This document shows, in pieces, positions 55,421-64,000 of a DNA stretch of 64,000 nucleotides. The DNA lies in NCBI GenBank assembly GCA_947627175.1, contig CANQVA010000007.1, positions 1,050 to 65,049 on the forward strand, given 5' to 3'. The notes under the pieces were generated by a model. The model saw only the letters and a list, made by a program, of their open reading frames with translations. It was not told where the DNA came from and did not search any database. Origin of the DNA: an uncultured Ruminococcus sp. (lineage in GTDB: Bacteria; Bacillota; Clostridia; Oscillospirales; Ruminococcaceae). The position numbers were made by a program, and so were the translations under genes. Every line of letters starts with the position of its first letter. The first letter of the stretch is position 1.

Positions 55421-55918
55421 TTACAGTTTGTACTCCATAATATAATCGTCCATAACAAAACCGTTTCCAATATCTGTCACAACTGAATCAATAATTTCAA
55501 AACCTTTTTTTCTGTAAACGGCTATAGCGTGTTCATTATGCTTATTGACTGTAAGATATACAGATGTTTTCCCACTATTCAACGCTTCCGAAAAAACACG
55601 GTTAAGCATTTCAGAGGCAATACCCTGCCCCCGTTTATCACTTCTGAGATAAATCTTACTAAGGAAAAAACGGTTGTCCTTTTCAGGCTTTACAGCGAAA
55701 TATCCGCATATGCCGTCATTATCACTGACTGAAAAATAACAGTAATCCTGATGCAGTGTCTGTTCTTTCATTGCGTCATAGGACTGAAATTTTTCAACCA
55801 TGTAGTCAATTTGTTCTTCCGAAATAATACCCGGAAAAAACTCATGCCATATTTTTTCGGCAAGTTCCGCAATTTCACGGAGCTTTTCATCTGTTTCAAC
55901 CCTGTCTGTTTTAATCAT
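55421..55918 (-). CDS. GNAT-family N-acetyltransferase
   Basis: Acetyl-CoA motif RGQGIASEML. 165 aa. Confidence 0.8.
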   Translation of the reverse strand: MIKTDRVETDEKLREIAELAEKIWHEFFPGIISEEQIDYMVEKFQSYDAMKEQTLHQDYCYFSVSDNDGICGYFAVKPEKDNRFFLSKIYLRSDKRGQGIASEMLNRVFSEALNSGKTSVYLTVNKHNEHAIAVYRKKGFEIIDSVVTDIGNGFVMDDYIMEYKL

Positions 55919-55921
55919 AAA

Positions 55922-56656
55922 TCATTCCTCAGCAGGCATTTCCCAGTTGTGATACACATTTTGAACGTCGTCATTGTCCTCAAGATGTTCAAGAAGAAGA
56001 TTCATTTTCTTTATGTGTTCTTCATCTGTAAGTGTTGTGTAATTTGCCGGAATCTGTTCAATTTCAGCGGACATTACATTGTAACCCTTTTCTGTAAGAC
56101 CCTCACGGAGTGCGTGAAGATTTTCGGGAGCACACTCAATTTCAACGGTTTCTTCGTTAACGTCCAAATCGTCGCCACCGCATTCAAAAACATCTTCCAT
56201 AACAGCATCTTCGTCAAGACCGTTATTTTCAATAATTACTATTCCTTTCTTACTGAACATGAACGACACACAACCCGTAGTTCCGAGATTTCCGCCGAAT
56301 TTGTCGAAATAGTGGCGTATATCTCCGGCGGTTCTGTTTTTGTTGTCTGTAAGACATTCAACGATTACAGCAACACCGTCAGGACCATAACCCTCATATA
56401 CCATATTTTCGTAATTGTTTTTATCTTCACCGCCTGCGGCTTTCTTGATAACTCTTTCAATATTGTCATTAGGAACATTATTTGCTTTTGCCTTAGCGAT
56501 AAGGTCACGGAGTTTACTATTATTATTCGGGTCAGGTCCTCCCTCCCTTACAACAACTGTAATTTCACGTCCGATTTTCGTAAAGATTTTACCCTTCACC
56601 GCATCGGTAGCTTCTTTTTTACGCTTTATATTGTTCCACTTTGAATGACCAGACAT
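55922..56656 (-). CDS. yebC: YebC/PmpR-family protein
   Basis: MSGHSKWNNIKRKK N-terminus. 244 aa. Confidence 0.9.
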   Translation of the reverse strand: MSGHSKWNNIKRKKEATDAVKGKIFTKIGREITVVVREGGPDPNNNSKLRDLIAKAKANNVPNDNIERVIKKAAGGEDKNNYENMVYEGYGPDGVAVIVECLTDNKNRTAGDIRHYFDKFGGNLGTTGCVSFMFSKKGIVIIENNGLDEDAVMEDVFECGGDDLDVNEETVEIECAPENLHALREGLTEKGYNVMSAEIEQIPANYTTLTDEEHIKKMNLLLEHLEDNDDVQNVYHNWEMPAEE

Positions 56657-56694
56657 TATTTCACTACTCCTTTATTTATAAAATAAAATGATTG

Positions 56695-56919
56695 TTAATC
56701 CGTTGTATAATAATAGTTTTCATTAGACGCTTTTTCAATGCGGCTCATTTCACTATGCTTTTCATCATAGTAATCAATAACGGCAACAATCAATGCACCA
56801 ACCGCAAAACCTGCAACAAAACCTACTCCCGTACCTGCCCAGAAACTTTTCGGGCATTTTTTGATTGAGAGTTTTTTTACTTTTACAGGCTTTACTTTTT
56901 TAGCCGAAACTTTTTTCAT
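56695..56919 (-). CDS. small basic membrane protein
   Basis: MKKVSAKKVKPVKVKKL followed by one TM (GVGFVAGFAVGALIVAVI). Overlaps the 3' end of the AIM24-like gene. Confidence 0.4.
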   Translation of the reverse strand: MKKVSAKKVKPVKVKKLSIKKCPKSFWAGTGVGFVAGFAVGALIVAVIDYYDEKHSEMSRIEKASNENYYYTTD

Positions 56920-57730
56920 ATCTTTTATCCCCCTTTGCAGAAACATTATTAGTTGCTTGTGAAAGCGATTCAGACGACGTTATGGGCGACATTAAAACCT
57001 TTCCCGTTCCCCTGTAAACATTCACGAAACCTTCACCGCTTGCCGCTGAACCGATAAGCGACTTTGACGCTTTTTCAACAGTAAAACTAAGTCCGCCCGA
57101 CCAGCATACAGCCATATTTCCGTCTATTCTCAATTCGTCATTTTCAAGTTCCACTTCAATAAGTTCATCTTCAGGCACATTGCTTTCCAGTGCGACAACG
57201 CCTTTTCCTCTGAGTAAAAGATTAAATAATCCCTCTCCGCCGAGAACAGCAGATGACACATTTTTTCTTGCGGAAACACTTTGATTCACAGTATCATCAC
57301 TTGCAAGGAACATACCATCTTCAATTACAAGACCTGTTTCCCATTGACTAACGTCTTTAAGGATAATATGCTTGTAAGTAGGTTCAAGGACAAGTATACC
57401 GTTTCCGCTGTATTTCGGTTTTATTACCGATTCCTTTGTAACAGCACTTTTAAGCACCTTTCCCATAAAGTCACCTACGCCCTTTACATCGGTAGCGAGA
57501 TTTATATTTCCTGCTGTCCACTGCATAGCACCAGCCTGTAAAATAGCTGAATTTGAACCGGTCATATTTATAACAACCTGTCTGCGACGTACTCCCATTT
57601 CTGCCATAAAATATTCTGTCACGGCATTATATGAAGAAACGCTTGCATCACGCTTATATTCAAGCACGCTGAAATTTCCAAGTGTCTTTACGATACTTCT
57701 TGTTTTGTTTTCAAGATTAAGAACGTTCAT
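56900..57730 (-). CDS. AIM24/DUF124-family protein
   Basis: GEGLFNLLLRGKGVVALES and GEGFVNVYRGTGKVLM repeat-like motifs typical of the family as I recall it. Confidence 0.6.
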   Translation of the reverse strand: MNVLNLENKTRSIVKTLGNFSVLEYKRDASVSSYNAVTEYFMAEMGVRRRQVVINMTGSNSAILQAGAMQWTAGNINLATDVKGVGDFMGKVLKSAVTKESVIKPKYSGNGILVLEPTYKHIILKDVSQWETGLVIEDGMFLASDDTVNQSVSARKNVSSAVLGGEGLFNLLLRGKGVVALESNVPEDELIEVELENDELRIDGNMAVCWSGGLSFTVEKASKSLIGSAASGEGFVNVYRGTGKVLMSPITSSESLSQATNNVSAKGDKRYEKSFG

Positions 57731-57801
57731 TTTTTCTTTCCTTTCAGATTATATTTTTATTGATATACTTATTTTACAACAAAATACATATATTGTCAAG
57801 T

Positions 57802-58233
57802 TTATTCTGAATTATTTTGTAGAAAATTATCTGAAATCAAAAAGTTATTTATAATAATATTGAACAATTCACTAATTCTGTCATATCTGCCAAGAAGAAA
57901 CAAGTACCCGAAAAGACATTCAATAGCCGTTGCTCTGCGGTAATCGGCAGCATCGGCGTGTTTCGGTACAGTATTACCCGTTGCATTTCGTCCACGTTTA
58001 AGAACGGCAAGTTCCTTTTCAGAAAGATTTTTTGCTATTATATCATAAACTGATGACTGAAACTCCGCACATACAAGTTTTATCTTTGCGGAATGAAGTT
58101 TTGAAACAGGCATATTCGCCTGCTTTAGTAAAAAGTCTCTTACAAGCGTATCATAAACACTGTCACCAAGAAAAGCCAGAGATAGCGGACTGTACTGACT
58201 GACTTCACGTTCAGTTAAAATTTTTCTGTCCAT
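57802..58233 (-). CDS. mrnC: mini-ribonuclease III
   Basis: LAFLGDSVYDTLVRDFL motif. ATG 58233 abuts the obg stop. Confidence 0.8.
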   Translation of the reverse strand: MDRKILTEREVSQYSPLSLAFLGDSVYDTLVRDFLLKQANMPVSKLHSAKIKLVCAEFQSSVYDIIAKNLSEKELAVLKRGRNATGNTVPKHADAADYRRATAIECLFGYLFLLGRYDRISELFNIIINNFLISDNFLQNNSE

Positions 58234-58234
58234 A

Positions 58235-59581
<1,347 letters not shown>

Positions 59582-59860
59582 CTATTCTGCATAAACAGAA
59601 ACCTTCTTGCGGTCACGTCCATAACGTTCAAATTTTACTTTACCGCTTACTGTAGCGAATAATGTATCATCAGAACCGATACCTACGCCAACGCCCGGGT
59701 GAATGTGTGTTCCTCTCTGACGAACGATAATATTGCCTGCCTTAACAAACTGACCGTCTGCTCTCTTTACACCGAGTCTTTTAGCTTCTGAATCACGTCC
59801 GTTTTTAGTAGAACCAACACCCTTTTTATGAGCGAAGAACTGCATACTAATTTTAAACAT
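59582..59860 (-). CDS. rpmA: 50S ribosomal protein L27 with cleavable N-terminal extension
   Basis: [10 protein letters not shown]|[14 protein letters not shown]. The extension plus FFA-HKK junction is typical of Firmicutes pro-L27. Confidence 0.9.
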   Translation of the reverse strand: MFKISMQFFAHKKGVGSTKNGRDSEAKRLGVKRADGQFVKAGNIIVRQRGTHIHPGVGVGIGSDDTLFATVSGKVKFERYGRDRKKVSVYAE

Positions 59861-59862
59861 AC

Positions 59863-60174
59863 TTACACCTCCGAAATAGTAATTTTAATTGTTTTGGGAA
59901 ATTCTTCAAGAACAGCCTCAAAATGAACTTTTAAAATATTCAACATACGTGAAGAATCTTTGCAGGATTTTTTCAACATACATTTTATTACATTATCACC
60001 GACTGAAACATCAGGTTCAAAAGCGAAACCGTCCAACATATTTACTGTAAGCTGAACCGCTGACGAAACTGCCGAACATACAACATCACTGCCTTTTTCA
60101 GCATAACCAGCGTGTCCGCTTATTTCAAAGCCTTTCAGAAATCCCTGTGACTTATAGAATTTTGCAAGAATCAT
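59863..60174 (-). CDS. prp: ribosomal-processing cysteine protease Prp
   Basis: [18 protein letters not shown] motif. 103 aa. Lies between rplU and rpmA. Confidence 0.85.
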   Translation of the reverse strand: MILAKFYKSQGFLKGFEISGHAGYAEKGSDVVCSAVSSAVQLTVNMLDGFAFEPDVSVGDNVIKCMLKKSCKDSSRMLNILKVHFEAVLEEFPKTIKITISEV

Positions 60175-60176
60175 GA

Positions 60177-60488
60177 TTAAGCCTTAATAGCTTCAATCTT
60201 GACCTGAGTGTAAGGCTGTCTGTGACCCTGCTTTTTCTTTTCACCTTTCTTTGGCTTATAAGTGAAAACAGTAATTTTCTTAGCCTTGCCGTTCTTAATA
60301 ACCTTAGCTTCAACTGTTGCACCGTCAACATAGGGAGTACCTATTTTGATACCGTCATCTGCTCCAAGAGCGATAACCTTGTCAAAAGTAACTGTTTCAT
60401 CAGCTTCAACTGCAAGCTTTTCGATGAAAACAACGTCCCCTTCATTAACCTGATACTGTTTTCCGCCTGTTTCAATAACTGCGTACAT
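60177..60488 (-). CDS. rplU: 50S ribosomal protein L21
   Basis: [13 protein letters not shown]-terminus. RBS AGGTAGGTG upstream. Confidence 0.9.
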   Translation of the reverse strand: MYAVIETGGKQYQVNEGDVVFIEKLAVEADETVTFDKVIALGADDGIKIGTPYVDGATVEAKVIKNGKAKKITVFTYKPKKGEKKKQGHRQPYTQVKIEAIKA

Positions 60489-60600
60489 ATTCAGCACCTA
60501 CCTTTTCAATAAACTCGCTGCAACAGGCGTGCAAACACAACTTAATATGCCCGTTCACAAGCGGCAATAATATTCTATCACATAACAGACGGCTTGTCAA
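60489..60600 (-). promoter_or_regulatory. rplU promoter plus ~75-nt structured leader (possible L21 ribosomal-protein leader)
   Basis: TTGACA (rc 60595-60600), 17-nt spacer, TGaTAGAAT (rc 60572-60580). The leader contains CCGCTTGTGAACGGG and GCACGCCTGTTGCAGCGAG segments. The leader call is not verified. Confidence 0.4.
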
Positions 60601-60622
60601 GTATTTTTTTCAAATTTTTCCG

Positions 60623-60662
60623 AAAAAAATAAAAGGAACAGCCGATTATTACGACTGTCCCC
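60623..60662 (-). terminator. terminator after the GH13 gene
   Basis: On the minus strand GGACAGTCG-TAATAA-TCGGCTGTTCC is an imperfect stem followed by TTTTATTTTTTT. Confidence 0.6.
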
Positions 60663-60676
60663 ATTTTTAGGCGTAA

Positions 60677-62266
60677 TCAGAGTTTTACAAATCTTCTTAC
60701 TTCTCCTGCTTTTCCGATAAACATTGACTTCGGTCTTGCCCATGTTTCGCCATTTTCAAGAGATTTATATATAACAAGTTCTTCATTTGTTTCGCTGTGA
60801 TGAGCAACTGCTGTCACTTCATATTCTCCGCCTTTGAAATGACGGTATTTAGCACCGATAACAATTTCCGTGTCTTTGTCCTCCACTGTCTGCTGAGCGG
60901 AAATATTTTCAGGTTCAACATTGACAATATCATCTGAAACTATAATCATTGATGAGAACGGAGGCATTTTAACGCAGGCATTTCCGTTATCAACTTGAAT
61001 CATTTTACCTGAAATTACATCAACAAGCCCGGGGAGATGAGTTCCGAAATTAACGTCATACTCATAATCAGCGAGATTGAGAGCAACATAAACTGTCTGG
61101 TCACCCTGAACTTTTCTAAAAAGTAACTGCTGATTAGTGATGTGCATTCTTTCATAAATGCCTGTACGGAGTGCAGGATATGCACGGTAAATTCTGCCGA
61201 GTTTGACAATATGGCGGTAAAGAGCCATGTTTTCCTTTTCCATATCAGGCAGATAAAGACATGGGCGAAGTCCGTCATCAGAATGATTTTCATGTTTGCC
61301 GTAAATACCGTATTCACTTCCATAATAGATTGACGGAATACCGGGCATTGTATAAAGAAGTGTATAGATAATGGGCAGATGCATCTGATTTACAACAGTA
61401 CTTGCAAGACGGTTTACATCGTGATTATCAACGAAAGTATAAAGGTTAATATTTTTATAAATGCCACCGTTTGCACCTGACTGTCTGTTAATTGAATAAT
61501 CAATTTCGTAATAGTTTTTATCATTGTGTGATGAATATATACCCTTGTAACACTCATAATTTGTAACACTATCGAACATTTCAGGATTTGCCCAACGGTT
61601 GTAATCGCCGTGAATAATTTCGCCCATAAGCCAGAAATCAGGCTTTTTTGATTTACAGAAATTACGTATTCTTCTGATAAAATCAAAATCGAGACAATCA
61701 GCGGCATCAAATCTTATACCATCAATTTTAAATTCTTCAATCCAATAGTTCACAGCATCTATAAGATGGTCACATACGCCGATATTTCTAAGATTGAGTT
61801 TTACAAGGTTGTAATGACCGTTCCAACCCTCATACCAGAAAGGGTCTCCGCAGGGACTTTGTCCGCCGAAATTGAGATTCTGAAACCAGTCACAATAACC
61901 CGAACCCTGACCTTTCTGTTGAATGTCAACGAATTGAGGGAATTTTCTGCCGACATGATTGAAAACACCATCAAGAATAATTCTGATACCGTTTTCATGA
62001 AGTTTTTCGCAGATATTTCTGAAAGAATTGTTATCACCAAGACGGCGGTCAATTGTTTTATAGTCTGTTGTATCATAACCATGTTCAACAGATTCAAAAA
62101 CAGGGCCAAAATATACAGCGTCAACGTTCATTTCCTTAAAATGCGGAATCCATTCAAGAACTTTGTCAAGCCTGTAAACTACTTCCCCTCCGTCATTAAA
62201 TTTTGGTGCTCCGCAGAAACCGAGCGGATAAATATGATAAATTATCGCATTATCATACCAGTTCAT
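60677..62266 (-). CDS. cytoplasmic GH13 alpha-amylase-family enzyme fused to a C-terminal DUF1653-like domain
   Basis: GH13 regions DGVFNHVG, GIRFDAADCL, WLMGEIIHG, FVDNHD. No signal peptide. C-terminal YRHFKGGEYEV...VIYKSLENGETWARPKSMF. Confidence 0.8.
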   Translation of the reverse strand: MNWYDNAIIYHIYPLGFCGAPKFNDGGEVVYRLDKVLEWIPHFKEMNVDAVYFGPVFESVEHGYDTTDYKTIDRRLGDNNSFRNICEKLHENGIRIILDGVFNHVGRKFPQFVDIQQKGQGSGYCDWFQNLNFGGQSPCGDPFWYEGWNGHYNLVKLNLRNIGVCDHLIDAVNYWIEEFKIDGIRFDAADCLDFDFIRRIRNFCKSKKPDFWLMGEIIHGDYNRWANPEMFDSVTNYECYKGIYSSHNDKNYYEIDYSINRQSGANGGIYKNINLYTFVDNHDVNRLASTVVNQMHLPIIYTLLYTMPGIPSIYYGSEYGIYGKHENHSDDGLRPCLYLPDMEKENMALYRHIVKLGRIYRAYPALRTGIYERMHITNQQLLFRKVQGDQTVYVALNLADYEYDVNFGTHLPGLVDVISGKMIQVDNGNACVKMPPFSSMIIVSDDIVNVEPENISAQQTVEDKDTEIVIGAKYRHFKGGEYEVTAVAHHSETNEELVIYKSLENGETWARPKSMFIGKAGEVRRFVKL

Positions 62267-62323
62267 AAAAATTAACTCCTTTTTTATTATATTTTTATAA
62301 TAGTCCTCAGACTTATTTATAAC

Positions 62324-62920
62324 TTATTTTATACTGCCTTCCATAAAATATGAGGCTTCCATATCGGCAACATTCAACGCACAGGCAAGAGGATACATTT
62401 CTAACGCCCTGCCGATAGTATTTTTATCTTCAATTCCGGAAAATCCCATGTGATACCTTATAGCGAAAGCCTCTTCACGTGTAAGCCTGCCGTTTCCGTA
62501 AAGATATCCCGAAATTATGTATACAGATTTTTCACCATGACCATAAGGTAAAGTGTCATTTATGGTGTAGAATGGGACTTTTTCCCATTTTCCCGTTTCA
62601 TCGTTCTTGCGGTTACGCATTTCTGTTGTATAGAAATTCACTTTGCACACATCATGCAACAGAGAAACTATTGCAATTGTTTCTTCCGAATAATTCATAC
62701 CATAAAGTTCTTTTACTCTTGGGCGGGAAAGATAATCTTTAAGACAATGATAAACATTCACACTATGTTCAACAAGTCCGCCCTCATAACTTCCGTGATA
62801 GCGTGTACTGCTCGGAGCGGTAAAGAAATCGCTTTTTTTCAGAAATTCAAGAAGTTTGTCCGCACCCTCTCTTTTGATATTTTCGGTATAAATTGAAATA
62901 AATTCTTCTTTTGCCGTCAT
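62324..62920 (-). CDS. HD-domain phosphohydrolase
   Basis: YHGSYEGGLVEHSVNVYH and LLHDVCK motifs. 198 aa. Confidence 0.7.
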   Translation of the reverse strand: MTAKEEFISIYTENIKREGADKLLEFLKKSDFFTAPSSTRYHGSYEGGLVEHSVNVYHCLKDYLSRPRVKELYGMNYSEETIAIVSLLHDVCKVNFYTTEMRNRKNDETGKWEKVPFYTINDTLPYGHGEKSVYIISGYLYGNGRLTREEAFAIRYHMGFSGIEDKNTIGRALEMYPLACALNVADMEASYFMEGSIK

Positions 62921-63150
62921 ATTAACATCTCCTTTTTTAAGACATCGTATTATAATTATACCACATTATAAAAATATATTCAAGTCCCCAAAGAATTTTT
63001 TGGTATTTTTATTCAAAAAAAATCCCCGATATTGTAAACAATATACAGATAACGGAAATTTTTTATTAAGAAAAATTTATGAATTTTATTTTGATTTTGT
63101 TAAGAACTCCATGATAATATTAAAATATACTATTCAAAGGAGACTTAAAT

Positions 63151-63789
63151 ATGAAAAGGAAAAACAAAATCTTAAAATTTCTGATTATAGCAATTTTTAT
63201 ACTTGCAGGAATGGCAACACTTAAATTCATACAGCCCGAAAAAATTCCGAATGACTATACAATAATACTTGTGAACGAAAAACACGCTATTCCTGAAAAT
63301 TACAATCCGAAACTCACACAACTTTCAAACGGTATATACATAGATTCAAAGATATATCCCGATTTGCAGAAAATGTTTGACGACGCACGAAATGACGGCG
63401 TATATCCTGTTGTCAGTGAGGGTTACAGAACGCATGAACAACAATATCAGATGATGAAAGATAAAATCAACAGTTTCATAAATGAGGGATATTCCGGAAA
63501 TGAGGCTGAAAGACTTGCGAAAAATTGGGTGGCGGAAGTCGGAAAAAGTGAACATGAACTTGGTCTTGCAGTTGACATAAATGCAGACCTGTTATATTCA
63601 TCTGATGAAGAAGTTTATAGTTGGCTTGCGGACAATGCCTATAAATACGGCTTTATACTGCGTTATCCGCCTGATAAGGAAGATATAACCGGTATTGACT
63701 ATGAGCCGTGGCATTACCGATATGTAGGCATTGACACGGCTCTTGAAATTTACGAACAGCAGATTACACTTGAAGAATATCTTTCATAA
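63151..63789 (+). CDS. membrane-anchored VanY/M15B-family D-alanyl-D-alanine carboxypeptidase
   Basis: N-terminal TM. SEGYRTHEQQ, SEHELGLAVDI and EPWHYRYVG zinc-peptidase motifs. Confidence 0.85.
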   Translation: MKRKNKILKFLIIAIFILAGMATLKFIQPEKIPNDYTIILVNEKHAIPENYNPKLTQLSNGIYIDSKIYPDLQKMFDDARNDGVYPVVSEGYRTHEQQYQMMKDKINSFINEGYSGNEAERLAKNWVAEVGKSEHELGLAVDINADLLYSSDEEVYSWLADNAYKYGFILRYPPDKEDITGIDYEPWHYRYVGIDTALEIYEQQITLEEYLS

Positions 63790-64000
63790 TTATTTATTTT
63801 TAATTCTTTCAATAGAAAGAATATAGTACTGCCAGTCAGGATCAACAGGAACTTCTACTGTTCTATATTCACAATCCGAGTTTTTCCATTTTTCAGGTAC
63901 AAATCTATTAAATTTATTGTTCCATAGTCTTTTTACTGTCTGCATCTTTCCTTTTTTTGTGTTGACCAGCTTAGGCTTTACTTTGAATTTTTTGCCTTCA
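63790..64000 (-). CDS. 3' end of an ORF running off the right edge of the window (unknown basic protein)
   Basis: My manual translation is open from nt 63999 down to the TAA at 63792-63790: ...EGKKFKVKPKLVNTKKGKMQTVKRLWNNKFNRFVPEKWKNSDCEYRTVEVPVDPDWQYYILSIERIKNK*. It is absent from the ORF track. It could also start at the internal Met. Confidence 0.3.
   Translation of the reverse strand, partial: EGKKFKVKPKLVNTKKGKMQTVKRLWNNKFNRFVPEKWKNSDCEYRTVEVPVDPDWQYYILSIERIKNK

Noticed and set aside
55751-56644. 297-aa plus-strand ORF
   Set aside because: It is entirely antisense to the clearly recognisable yebC and GNAT genes. It has a Phe/Ile/Asn/Cys-rich composition typical of shadow ORFs in AT-rich DNA, and no RBS.
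63000-63224. 74-aa ORF upstream of and overlapping the VanY gene
   Set aside because: It has no RBS, spans the promoter region and overlaps the better-supported VanY start in another frame.

Overview
AT-rich Firmicutes/Clostridia chromosome segment, probably Ruminococcaceae-like. Supporting signs are two secreted type-I dockerin proteins, a Prp-processed L27, bofA, and extended -10 TGnTATAAT promoters. About 75 genes are present, most on the minus strand. Left to right: a 5'-truncated P-loop ORF and a CHAP/ricin/dockerin wall hydrolase; a two-component system with an ABC-2 transporter carrying three paralogous permeases; tRNA-Leu(CAG); and a cobalamin-riboswitch-controlled uptake operon (exported CbiK-like lipoprotein, internally duplicated lipoprotein, BtuF/C/D-like). 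Next comes a near-complete anaerobic cbi/cob cluster, which is the tail of a 24-gene co-directional array (mscS to cbiC) with no gap over 12 nt and no riboswitch of its own. After that: tRNA-Arg(CCU), pduL, nfo, ppiB, a MurD-like ligase with a PP-loop protein (candidate MurD2/MurL) behind an MntR-like regulator, nfi, an acyl-CoA synthetase, pdp, a bofA small-gene cluster, bifurcating [FeFe]-hydrogenase hydCBA, mntP, yebC, AIM24, mrnC-obg-rpmA-prp-rplU, a GH13-DUF1653 fusion and a VanY-type peptidase. No CRISPR, rRNA, transposase or integrase was recognised. The best candidate for an undescribed system is the riboswitch-gated corrinoid acquisition operon with its two non-canonical surface lipoproteins and an ATPase bearing an extra domain. 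All calls rest on motif reading only; no searches were run.
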